A stretch of 64,000 bases of DNA from Paragordius varius (taxonomy: Eukaryota > Animalia > Nematomorpha): assembly GCA_964247055.1 (NCBI GenBank), contig OZ176052.1:7812001-7876000 (forward strand). Direction: 5' to 3'. Position 1 is the stretch's first letter; every line of letters starts with the position of its first letter. The notes beneath the pieces are model-generated. The model was not told where the DNA came from. It saw nothing but the letters and a program-made list of their open reading frames with translations, and did no database searches. Shown here piece after piece: positions 1-13,600 of the stretch. Position numbers and translations under genes: made by a program.

Positions 1-1610
1 GGAAACTCGAGAGTTAATCAGATGTGTTTTTTATATGAATTATAAGGAAACCCTTTCTTTGAAAAAGTGAGCATAGGAAACACTTAAAGGGTTTCCTTTT
101 TTTTATTCACTCCACCCAATGGTTTGTTGATTTTTTTTCAACATATACAAATATAAACGCGAGCCATTATGCAAATATACGTTTTATTGTATATTGGAAA
201 AAATAAAAACACGTAAAAAGCTTTTTCCAGTTTTTATTTCTAAAATTAATTATAATCGATATGATAATTAATTCTGAAAATTGAATTATGTGTCAACGGC
301 AATAAATGGTTTCTAACAACATTTTTTTGGAGTTTTTTGAAGAGTTATATTTAGTTCGCTACCAGCTATTACTCATTGAGAAAGCAATCAACAATATAAA
401 TTTTTAAAAAATCTGTTATAATTAATTTAGCACTGTGTGTAATAAAATGTAGTCATTTTATGCATACATAGTAAAGGGAATAAATTTATTACACATACAT
501 TGTCCATTGTTTATTATATATTTAAATTATCATGTACGCATAAAAAATATTTATTTTATTTTTACTCCTTTTTTTCAGATTCTCCTTTATATCTCGCGGT
601 TAATGTATTACAGTAATAATTTTTATATTTTTTTTATAATTTAATTAGTAAATCTATCAACATATTTGAACATAGATAATTTGAAAAGTTTTATCAAAGC
701 GTTTGCTGTTTTGCAATGATATACAACATTTATGCAAATTAGTTCCCAAAAAGTTTAACCACACAGCATATACACATTTACAAGAAACGAATGACAAAGT
801 GGACAAAGTGTTTCATCAATAAATAATATTTCTTTGATACTTTGAAAGTTCATCCGTTATTACAGAGTAAGATTGCCATTATTATTCTTATTAGTTTTTT
901 GCACTAATGCCTTGATATTCTGTATTGATCATTATCATTCCGAAAAATCTTTATCCAATTATAAGCTAGTATTTTGGATATCTGACTCTAATTATAATTT
1001 TGTTTTCAGCATTTATTGTGTACAATACTCTAAGAAATTACCATTTTTGAAAGTTCTTACAATACACCTCATCTCACATCCAATACCAAAATAAAACTTA
1101 TAATTTTAATCTTCTATCCCTTGCTACACATATCCCACCGAAAAAGTTAATATACTCTAACAGGTTGCTGTAAAAAGTTTTTTGTCATAAAAAGGGTTCG
1201 CATTATGTGACACACATTTGGAAATATTTACCATGTATTATTATAGAAGTTGATCCAAATACATTTGGTAAAAGTGCTTTTATCCGTTTTTTGGATCCCT
1301 TGATAAATTATTTATGAGATTTTATCGTAGTACTAACGGAATCATTTAACTATAAACTACAAAGTTTAAACGCTTTACTTTTGAAAGTTTACACGTAACA
1401 AAATTACAGGCATATATGGATGGCAGTTAACGGTAATCACACGACACTTATACACTCCTTAAAAATGTTTTTGTTGGTCATTCCTTATCTTTTATAAATG
1501 ATCCATAATAATAAACTTTATAGTTTTAATTCAAAAGAACTCTACATAGTTTTTAGCGTTTCTAGTGGCTGTGCTATATTTTATATGCATAAGAATTTAT
1601 CATTATCATC

Positions 1611-4600
1611 ATGACATCTATTACAAATTTTATTGGTCTTACCAAATTTTTCCCTCAAACAATCCAGCAATTATTACAAAAGCCAAATATATCGTTGATT
1701 AAGCTATATATAGCAATTTTTACCACAATTGTATGTAGTATCTTAGTTAATACGCTCAGCAGGACATCGCTTGGATGTAATGCATTCAACCTGGACACCG
1801 ATGTCCCAATCATCAAAACAGGTGTTGTCAATAGCTATTTTGGGTTTTCGGTCGCTCAACATCAAATCAATTTTGGCCGCTTTAGGGAAAAAGTGTAAGT
1901 TAATTTACGTATTTTTACCACAAGTAGATTTTATTTAGTTTTTAGAATTAGGAATCGCATTTTTTATGTAAACAACTTTTTTTAAATTGAGTTTTTATAA
2001 TGTATGACTCATTTTATAGTTTTTAACTTTTTTATTTTTTTAATCCGCTATTTACTTCCGTAAACTTATTTTTAAATTAAAATGTTGATGGATGTTTAGT
2101 GTTAATGCCCCCACTTTTTTAAATAGATTTAAAAAACATTTTTCGAAAGCTTTTAGTAGGGTTTTTAAAATTATGTTATCCTTTATTTTCATTTCCTAGG
2201 GATACCTCATCCATATAAATTGTTATATGATATCTATAAATTTATATCAGGATTATTTCAATAATAATAATTTAATTTACTAAAAAAATCAATAATTATC
2301 ATAATGATGATGTCTCTACTCTGTAACACTTTTACTTTTTTGGTCTTGTATAATTATTTAATATTAATCATTTATATTTATAGTTATTTAATAAATTGGT
2401 AAATATTAATATTAATTCACATATATTTTATTCATGTTTTTAGCGATGATGTTAGATAATTGGATGTTTTATGACTTTTTGTTTCTAAAATAGTCAATGG
2501 TTCAACCAGATAAAATATATCTTTAAAATAATATTTATAACGGGTATTTTTATGTTTTTTGCAACTCTTATCCAAAAATATCTCATAGTATCAAAATTTT
2601 TAACCAACATTTAAGGTCCTAATAATTAAAGTTATGTTAATTGCAATCAATAGCTTTTTTAGATTCTTAACAATCCCAACTTTAAACTTAAATTCTTATT
2701 TCAAAAGTAAATGTAATTGCAAACGCTTTCATAACTCAATGTACCGAAAAAAATCGCACAACAGTTTAATATTTTTCTATAATTTTAATCTATTTTCTTA
2801 AAGTTTACTTGATAGGTTCCATAAACGCTGTCGAACATTAGTTTAAACATTGCTGTTTTATATTACAAAGATTAAACCCAATTTTAATTTCTGGCTTTAG
2901 GGCAAAAAATGACATTAATGCTGCCCTCCCTTTGTAATTTGTATAAAACAATTCCACATTCGTAAGGAGAAATTACGAATCTCAATTCCACCAATTTTTT
3001 GAAACATTTCACTTTTGATGAACAACAGATGCGTAATAAATTATCCCCACACAATTTTACATATATGAATATCATTATCATTCTAGGTAATAAATGGGGT
3101 TGTCTGTGGTTTTATTTTTTTATCTAGCTTTTTATAAAGCAACAATTCAGCCATTATTTCGTAGAGATCATCTCTGAATTATAAGAATATTTGTACATTA
3201 TAAATGTAAAACATCTTTGATAAGTAAATTTAATAATATATATCTCTAAACCTAAATTAACTCAGATGGTTGGTTTTGTTAATAAATACTTAACAACGCC
3301 TGTTTTTGGGAGAGCTTTTATTAGATGAATATGCTGTATTATAGTATAATTTTAATTCTGTATAGTCAATTAATATGAACTTTCGATTGTTATTTTTTAA
3401 CCATTGTCAATTATTTTTTATTTTTATCAAAAAATAGAGAAGTATGTTGATTAATGCGATTTTTTTGTCAAAAAATGCCACGGGTTTCTCCTTCCCTGTA
3501 AAAAAATATTTTTTTCGAAAGCGTATAGTGGGACCAATTAATTTTTCATTATGTCCTTAGGCTGGCATTTTATAAATATAAGCGCTAAATTAGCACCTGT
3601 GTTAAACCCCAAATACCCCTGTGAAAACCTAGGTTAAGCATTTATCTAAATAAATGTTCGCACCATTTATGCATTCAGTTATTTCCTTTAGAGTGAGCAG
3701 ATTACAATGGTTGAAAATTTCTATCAGCATTGGGTGTGTTACCATTCAAAAGAATGGAACAGATGAAGTCCCATTAGGGGTCGGAAATTACATCAAAATT
3801 ATAGTGTTAAAATTACGTTTGTAATATTGCACATGTAAATATATTATGATTAGATCAAGAAATTGGCATCATGATACTTTTGTCTGATATTATTAAAATG
3901 TTGTATGGGTATTTATCTTTGGGAAAAGCCAATCATCTTTTCCTTTTTTTATGTAATGATAGGAGAAATATATATAGCAGAAATTTGAGTTTTGGTATCA
4001 CAATTATAAATGGGAATGATAAATTAATCACATAACGTATCCAACTAATGAAAATTATTTTGTTTATATATCGATTATTACACGGCAGTACAAATTATAA
4101 TCGGAGTTAAACTAACAATTTTATCAGTCTTGGAGATAGCACAGGCAGGGGAATTATATATATACCATTTACAAATTCACCCTCAAACAATGCAAATATA
4201 CCCTTGAACAATTCAAATTCACCCTCAAACAATTCAAATTCACCCCAAAAAATAATTATGTGTTTTCGAACTAATGTAACTCATTATTAATATAAAATAT
4301 ATCTTTATGGCATAATTTATTATTTTTTCAATATTATTTTATTTTAAAACACAATTTTATTTTTTAAAAATATAGTAAAATATAGGTAATTTTTAATCTT
4401 AAAAAACATGTTATTTATTTGAGGGTGAATTTGAATTATTCGAGGGTGAATTTGAATTGTTCAAGGGTGAATATGAATTGTAAATGGTACGCTTTTTTTG
4501 GTTTTTTTACCAGCTTTATGCGCGTTTAGATATTTATTTTATTTACACTAATATGATATTCCTGAAACAATTATATATATATATATATACCCTAATATGT

Positions 4601-7600
4601 GTGAATTAGAATGTTGGTGGGTGCACCGTTAACCGTTGTTCCAGGCGTACGGACTACGAGCCCTGGTGCCCTTTACAAATGTCCCATGACAGGTCGGATG
4701 GATGATTGTGAACGGATTCGAGTCGATGACGATTTAGCTCGTATGTCTACTATAATTTCATTTATATACCATTTACAATTCAAATTCGCCTTTGAACAAT
4801 TGGAATTCACCCTAAAAATAAATTAGGACTAATATAACTCATCATTAGTATAAAATATATTTTTATGGCATAGTTTATTATTTTTTCAGTATTATATTAA
4901 TTAAAAACAATATTTCATTTTAAAATATAAAAAAATAGATAATTTTTAATTTTAAAAATCACATAATTTATTTTAGGGTGTTGAATTGTTCGACGGTGAA
5001 TTTGAACTGTAAATGTATACATATATATCCATTTTTTTTATATAGTATACATTTATGCTGGCTCATTAACATTATTGATGACCGATTGGCATCACAGTAA
5101 TGTATGGTTAAAAACAACAAAATTGATGAACTTAAACATTTTCCCCCTATTTTACAACAATAGTTTGTTTATTTAATTTATGGACATAATTTGTTTTATA
5201 ACACACGCTACTGTATTCATTTAGCCAACCATAATGTTAATGGGCCAGCATATATGCGTACACTGTAATTGATATATACAATTATATGTATAAAATATTT
5301 ATTTATTTTCACAAATAGCAAGGGTTTACAGTGTAGTAAATAATCTTTATAGAGGACCATATAATTGAATTTTGAGCCAGGCATTACGGTGAACGAGATG
5401 AATCAAATAAATATATTATCGCCTAAACGTTGATTTGGAAAATTTTTTTCTGGAAAATTTTAAAAATCTAAGACATCAAAAAAATACAAGGTATATATGA
5501 AATCCATTTAAATCGGCATATTCACATGGATTATTAACCTATGCGTCGTCTACGGCATATGGTCTAAAACTGTGTGTTCAATGCGGGCCGCATTCGAATA
5601 TGGGCATTCATTAATTTATTAGATTTCAAACATAAAACTTCAAAAAGAAAACAAAATCTAAAATAATTTTTCTTATTCTTGCTGTTTGGATAGATTTATT
5701 TAGAAAAAAGTGTCTAAGGAATAATAATTTTACCAAAATTTTCTAAACATGTTTTTGCAAATTATGGATTCCGAATTTATCGCGGGCCGCACAGAAAGTT
5801 TCGAAATTTAATATTTATCCATATCATAAATAAGAAATAATCACGAATATTAGACTTTTATACTTCACCAATATTATTTGAAATTTTTTTACAAACACCT
5901 CATTTAAACGTTATTGATTTTTGGAAATAAGCTAAAATTATTTGGTTGTCGAGCTAAAAAATTCTGCTAAAAAAGGGTCATCATTTATCATTTCATAATT
6001 GGCCTCTAGAGATTTTTTTTCTTAGTTCTTTCGTCTCCTACATTTTTGCATATAAAATTATATTGTAGAAGTTTAAAAATAGGAATATCTAGTTATATCA
6101 ATGGTTAAACTCAAAAACACTATATACTAAATGAATTATTATTTATTTAATATTTTAATTACCAAAACATTTTCGCCCAAAATAATTACTAACAGTAAAA
6201 AAATCTTCCTTTCTAAATATATGTTTATTATGTGATAAAAAATATATATAATATAATAATATAAAAAATTAAATTTTTAATCAATCTTTATTTCATATTG
6301 ATTGGTTAATTTCGATTTTATTTAGCCGACAACACATATTTACATTTGTGGTTTTTATAGATTGGTTTGACCATAATTGAATGCATTCATAAGCGGTAAA
6401 ACCGGTTATTTTAACCGGTCAAAATCCAACTCTAACTATCACGCTTTTAACATTATCAATTTAATTTTACCATTTAAATTTTTAAGCTCTCAGATATTTT
6501 ACTCTACAAATTCTACTTTTCTATGTGATTGTAGCTATCATTGCAAAACCGTTTTCAAATATTAAACAAAATATTTAGGACGATATAAAAACTTATAAAT
6601 TTGCAATCAATTCTTGCATATTTTAGCTGACAAAGAGGAAAAACGTGACAATCAATGGTTAGGAGTTACGGTTAAAAGTCACAAAGAAGGCGATGCTGTG
6701 GTGGTATGCTTTATACTTTTTTCAATCCAATTTAAACACTTTTTAGGCAACATTTTTTTAATTAAACATGATATAAAATAGCATATTTGGGTTAGAAACT
6801 ATTTAGGCTTCAAAAAAGAGTTTTTTACGTATATTAAGGATTCAATATTAAGTTTTTTAATGTTTTCTATTCTCTCAAATTTTCTCTGATTATTGAATAA
6901 AGTATATTGATTTATTTATAAAAATATAAATCCTCAAAAATATTATGTAGAACTATTGAATTTAAATATTTTGTTTTTGGAGTAATAAGTTAATTTATTT
7001 TTACTAGTTGATATTAAGGCGTAAATCAATATTTTTACACTCATGTTAGATTTATTATAATTTTTAATTAAAATAAAAAATATTTTTTTTATATGATTCT
7101 AATCTAATAACACAAAATCGCTAGTTAACTTTCTATTATTTTGATATTCCCACGGTCGTACGTGAGTTAATTTTGCCACGTGTTTGCAAAAAAATGTGTA
7201 ATTTTGTTGTGTAAATATGCAAAAGTACTCAACAATTGTTTTTTGATATAACGTGTTTTGGCTTCCAAAAAATTTGTCATATTTAACTTAGCAATATAGA
7301 AAAACAATAAAAGAATTGTTATTGGTTGGCAAAGACTTTTAGTTAGTACACAGAGTTTTGTTATTATGCAACAATATTTTTGTTATTTTGTTGCTTGCAA
7401 TGTTATTAGCTCATGACCTTTTCACATTTTTGTCCGCGATGACATGTTGGGGTAATTTTATAACTCGGAGCTTAGCTCCAAAACACGATTATTTAAATAG
7501 CTGATTTTAAAAATATTAAGTATCTGCAAGCATAATATAGTTAATTATTTAGATTTTCTAACCTTAATATACATTTATTTGCCTATTGTATTAGCGCTTC

Positions 7601-10600
7601 AAAAAAATTTAAAGAAAAAAATGGCGGGAAAAAGTTAGTCATAGATTTTTTACAATTTTATATTTTTTAAAAAACATTGTATTATGGGCCTTAATGACTA
7701 AAAAAGCATATTTTTAGATTCGGCCATATAATACTTTTTAATATATTCAAATTACAAATCGCTCTGGGATATAAATCTACCCTAAAAGATCATTAAGTGT
7801 TAATTAATGCAACAAAAGAACAAAATATATTGTTAATATACCAACATATCTTTTCTCTCTCAATACCATGTTGGCCAATAATATCGCTCTTTCTATTAAA
7901 ACTATTACTGTACGAAACAATTAGTTAGGAATCGTATTATCCAATTTTTTTACAATATTTATAAAATAACTTTAAAACGATCATGAATACTTAATTTTTA
8001 AAGCCGTGTATCAAAGCAATTTTTAAACTATCAATCAGGAATACCGTTTTTTGTGTCCTTCTTACAATTATCAATGAATAACTCAACTGCTACTTTAATT
8101 TTTAGACGTGTGGGCATCGTTATGCCCGGAATGGATCAGATTATCATTGGGGTTTTGGGATATGTTATGCCCTCTCTTCCAACCTTAAATACGAAGAAAT
8201 GTATTCTCCTTGCATTGGTCGTCCTGTGTTTAAGGCCCATCAACAATTTGGCTTCTGTCAAGCTGGCACCTCCGTTTATATTGCGGCAAATGATGACTTG
8301 ATAATAGGAGCTCCTGGGTCATATACATGGACAGGTTAGCTTGTTTTTTTCGTGTTACATAAATAATTTGGCCTTAGATTTGAAATGTGTTTTAGATTGT
8401 GTTTGGAAATAAAGATATTGGATATAATTTTAGCCCTTTTTATATATTTTTAAATTTTCCTGTATATAACAAATGAAGTTAAAAACCTTTTCAAAAACAA
8501 TGACCATCCTTTCTATTGTAATGAATTGAAAATATGTGTATATAATTATTTCATAGTTTATATCAACTATTTTCGATATTATAGGTGCTTTGTTCAAAAA
8601 CAATGTTGCTTCGGGAATTTATGGGGATAAACGATGGTTTTTCACACCCCTAGAACCGCCTGATCCCGTCCCAGTCAGCCATTACAGTTTTTTGGGTAAA
8701 AAGCAATGATTTATATAACTCCGTTCATATATAAACGGCTTAAATATAATTTAGTTTTATCACTTTACAGAATAATATTAAATTAATGCATCTTGCAATT
8801 ATCCGTAATTTGAATTGCTGAAAAACTCCTACTCGATATATTATTATTAGTGTTTAAATATTAATCGGCTATTTTTTAGATTTTTACTATTTTTTCATTT
8901 TGGCTACCATCATTACAAACCTTGAAACGTTTTATCCATAATGTAAATTAAGGCATTTCAGTGTATATTCAGACATATTTTTAGTCCCCAAAGTAATACC
9001 ATTTTCCTCAATCTATTACAGTCATGGATGTTTAGAAATGTCAAACATACGTTTTTAATTGATTTTACTTTGTTTGTAATTGTTATGATGTTTGATATGT
9101 CAACTTTCAACATGCGCATTTTTAAGCCTTAAAATAATTATAGCCTATTTATTGTAAACAATTCAAAACAAAGTAAATTCAATTAAAAACGTATGTTTGT
9201 CAATTCTAAACATACATGACTGACTGTAAGCGTATTTTAATTTGCCATTTTTAGTTCGGAACTTTTTAAAAAATGTTTTATACATGTTGTAGGCATGTCA
9301 GTATATTCAGGCATTTTTTCAGCCCCTATGGATGAAACGCGACCTTCTCCAAAATTTTCTGGTTCTTCCGTTTCGCCTCCCTACACTTTTGTAGCTGGGG
9401 CGCCAAGGGCCAATGGAACTGGACGTGTTATTTTATTCGAACGATATGATAAAAATGCTAATGCGATTGATGGCAACATCAATATCAATAATAATATTAA
9501 TGCAGGATATGCTATGAGGTATAACATATAAATTTTTGCGGATATAAAAATATAGTTTTTTTGGATATATCGTCCATTCAATGTATTTTGTTAATTGTGA
9601 TTCGTAATCAATCACTAATTTATTTTATCAAAATTTGAAAATAAAAGTTAAAATAATTCAACCAAAAATAAAATTTAGACAAAATTCAATACCATCTTCG
9701 CATACAACGCTCATCCCTACGTTGACATTAAGTGGGAAAGATACAATTGGTTCCGGTTTTGGTTATGAATTAACTGGCTTAGATTTCAATGGAGATGGGT
9801 AATTGATACATATATAAATTATTTTTATGAAACCCAATTACTGGTCTAAAATAATTTTTTGCGACTTTTTTGATTTCCCAATCAATTTTACAGTTACCTG
9901 GATTTAGCGATCGGCGCACCTTTTCATTATGATGTTGATCATGAATCAATTGGTGGAGCTGTTTACATTTTTATAAATGGACCTCAGGTAGTTTCAAGCG
10001 TATATATAATAAATTATATAGATGTTTGTTTTCCAAGACAAACTTTATTATAACCTTAATTAAAAAAACATTTTAATTTTTTTAGAAAAATCAAATATTT
10101 ATTGGAAACTTTTTTGTTTTTTAACCATATATTTCATAATATGTGACATAAGATGGAACTTTGAGGTTGAGGTTGTGCTGAAAATTCCAAAATTGCATTA
10201 TTAATTGGAAATTTCGGCCGGAAATGATATTTAATACTTATTTTATTTATTTTATATAAAAATTAACTGTATCGTGGTATTTAATTTGCATATTTTATCT
10301 CATCTATTTCGCACAAACTAATTTCCTGAATTTAAAATTTATAATTATTTTCAAAAGGGATTGAATGCAAAACGGCCCATTGTATTACATGGAACGAACG
10401 ATTCCATGTTTGGTTATTCTTTAACGTCTTTGGGGGATATTAATTTGGATGGCTATGATGGTATCATATATATTTTAACTTAATATATATTTCTGCTTTA
10501 ATTGTAAATTTTAAAATTGATTGAATTCCCGACCTGTTGTTTCTTATAATTTTGAAACAAGGATTTGAACCGTAACCGTTTTTGTGGCATTAAAACCGTA

Positions 10601-13600
10601 ATAGAAACTTTTTTAAACCAAAAAGCGGTTTCAAATCATGTTTTTATTTTTTTTTGTTTAATAATTATGTTAATATTTTTTGATTTTATATATTATGGTC
10701 CTTTTTTAATAAAATAGAATACAATAAATTTTTTGTTTAGTTTTAATTTATTGGAAAATTGAAATAATTCTATCTGTAAATTTTGAAAAATGTATAAAGA
10801 AATCAGAACCATTTAATCTATTATGAGTTGAGTATTTCGATTCCTCTTTATAACATTTCTTCGTTTAAATTAAATATAATGAATTAGCAATTACCTTAAT
10901 TCCTATTTTCGGGATATTCAAAATAATATTAATATGTTTTAGATCTGGCCGTGGGAGCCCCTAACTCAGATAATGGCCAAGGGGCCGTTTACATATTTAA
11001 CGGGGCAAACGAAAATGAATACAAGCATTATACGCTATCTGAATCAACTGCTGAAACCAAATTCCAACAAAATGCGGGCAATCGTTTCACAAGCGATGAC
11101 AATCAAAGAAACACTTATAATTCAAATGGAGATGAAATTATTTTTAACAATGAAGATGTTAGATCAGACAATTCTGATACAGAAGGGGATTCTGATTCAT
11201 TTGTTAGCACAAACGTTTTATCGTACCCTGCATCACAAATTATTACGCCTAATGTGCTTAAATATACGGATACACCACAAAACCAATTTGATTTAATGTA
11301 ACATATTTTTTTATGAAATTATACGGACAAAACGTTAAAATGTAAAGACAATTTTTGTTTTCAAAAGACAACCATACTTTTTTAAGCCTTAAATTACCCT
11401 ATAAAAATCATTTAACCTAAATTAAGATACGTTATGATTCTGTTATCTATTTAAATCTCTATTGCAGTAAAACTATGATTTATAATTAAATAAATCTAAA
11501 TTTAAAAAGTATGGTTGTCTTTTAGAAAAAAATATTTGTCCTTACATTTATATGTTTTGTCCGTATAATTTCAATTTTTACTGTATATGCATGCTAGAAA
11601 AACAGAATTTATGGTAAACAATGTTTTTTTATAATTTTATAGGTATAAGTTTGAAGAAATAATCGGATTTGGCCATTCGCTTTCTGGTGGGTTAGATATG
11701 GATGGAAACGGGTATCCAGATTTACTCATAGGATCATACCGATCAGATAAAATATTTTTACTGAGGTATGTTTATTTAATTATTTCCTATATTTAATGGA
11801 TTCTATATGGAAAATAGATCGGAATCATTCATTACGGTGCCTAAGAATTTTTTTGTAAAAATTGTTAGTTTCATTCGAATGGTTGTGCTAATTATTTTGG
11901 AACAATGTAGCGAATAAGGCTGATAAATACAAACATTCAATGTTAACTATGTGAATAAAGATGATTTAAAATAAATAGCATGTAAATAGGATTAATATAA
12001 TACCAAAATAAAATCATATCTTATTTTCTAAAACGAGTAAAAGGCTGATTCTTTGGTTTTACATAAAATATACCCGTAGTAGCTTATATATTTTTTAACT
12101 TTATGTGTGTGAAAAATTACCTGATTCCCCAATCATATATAAATAATATTTTTTAATAAAAAATAACTTATGCATTTTGTAGATCTCGTCCAATTATAAA
12201 TGTGTATTCTGAAGTTCGAGATTTACCACAAGCATTAGATCCATTAAATCCGTCAGAGTTTACTTGTCCCAATGATCAAAATTTTGGACAATCCCACAAC
12301 ACTCTCAAACCACGCATATGCTTCCCCATAAAAATTTGTTTTAGGTATTAATAATTTTAAAATCAGTATTTCAAAACTAAAAATGATTTCTAAATTTTTT
12401 TATATTAATAATATTGAACCAAATTTATTTCTTAAATAAATGTAAATGCCTTCGAATCAAATCATACTTGCATGATGAGTGTACACAGGAATTTTTTGGT
12501 TGCAGAGAACTAAAATTTTGAGATATAATAAAAATTATATGGGGGTGTCGTAAAAGTCGGAAGGTAACTCTTTTATATTTTCTTAACTCGTATGATGATA
12601 AATACATAATTTTAATTTTTATTCAATTCATAGATTTGCATCCGTGGGTAAAAGTTTGCAACAACACCCAGCTGGGCTCAAAATTAGATATCATCTTATA
12701 GCTGAACGTGTTATTTCTCATCAAACTGCTTTAGTTAATGAGCCTTCTCATTCTACCCTTCATTTGGGGAACCGCGTAGGACAGGGAATTACTAGTGGAT
12801 TTTCGCGCGTCAACTTTTTCCCGAATCCCTTAAACAATGTTTCCTATTTTCCCTCAATCGACAAAGATAATTACAATTATGACGATGATGAAAGCACGGA
12901 TCATAATGAATTAATTGGGCTGAAAGAAGGTAGGTTTGTTTGTTTGTTCAATGGGTTTTTATTTTAGTAACATATTTGTGTTCCTGTGTAGATATCATAA
13001 CATACTCTTATCTATAATAAAGCAATCAATAAATTTATTAACCACATCAACTAAATGAATATAAAATAGATACATTTAAATAATCAACCTTACTTTAAAC
13101 CTGTATGGGTGTATATAATATATTTCATCATTAAAGGAAAAATGAAAAATTTCCGTCGCTTATATTAGCCATACTTATACTTTTTGATAATTTTATATTT
13201 TGTTTTAGCTTAAAATTATTTCATTTTTAATTGTTTGCGGCGTGATTTAACATTACTCTTGTAGATGTTTAGGTTTCAAATAAACTATTTTTCTTTTTTA
13301 TTCGGATTTTATACATTTATCTGAATGGTAAATGTTGATTATTATAGCGTATTTTTTTACAAATATCTTTAGACTCTAACCATCGTATATCACGAGTAAT
13401 TCAATTAACGTCATCACAAGCTACGCAGCATTACATATGTGATACTAGCATTGCATATCTTAAAGTAATTATATATCTCACATTGAAAGGCTCGAATCCA
13501 TATAAAAAATAATTAATAACCATACTTAAATATTTCTATACAATATATTCCTTGTCGAGATAGTGTTTTTTAGCTAAATAATTTACTACAAAACGCTTGC

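Noticed and set aside
873-1094. Short ORFs in AT-rich intergenic or intronic DNA (this one, also 2884, 6377, 24652, 34478, 35281, 52219, 54097, 63660)
   Set aside because: F/I/K/L/N-rich composition typical of random AT-rich frames; no motifs or splice continuity.
4165-4490. 21-bp repeats as a CRISPR-like array
   Set aside because: No spacers, eukaryotic context, and they sit symmetrically inside a TIR element.
5560-5810. Additional family A MITE
   Set aside because: The interior resembles family A, but the termini and TSD are not recognisable, so boundaries cannot be given.
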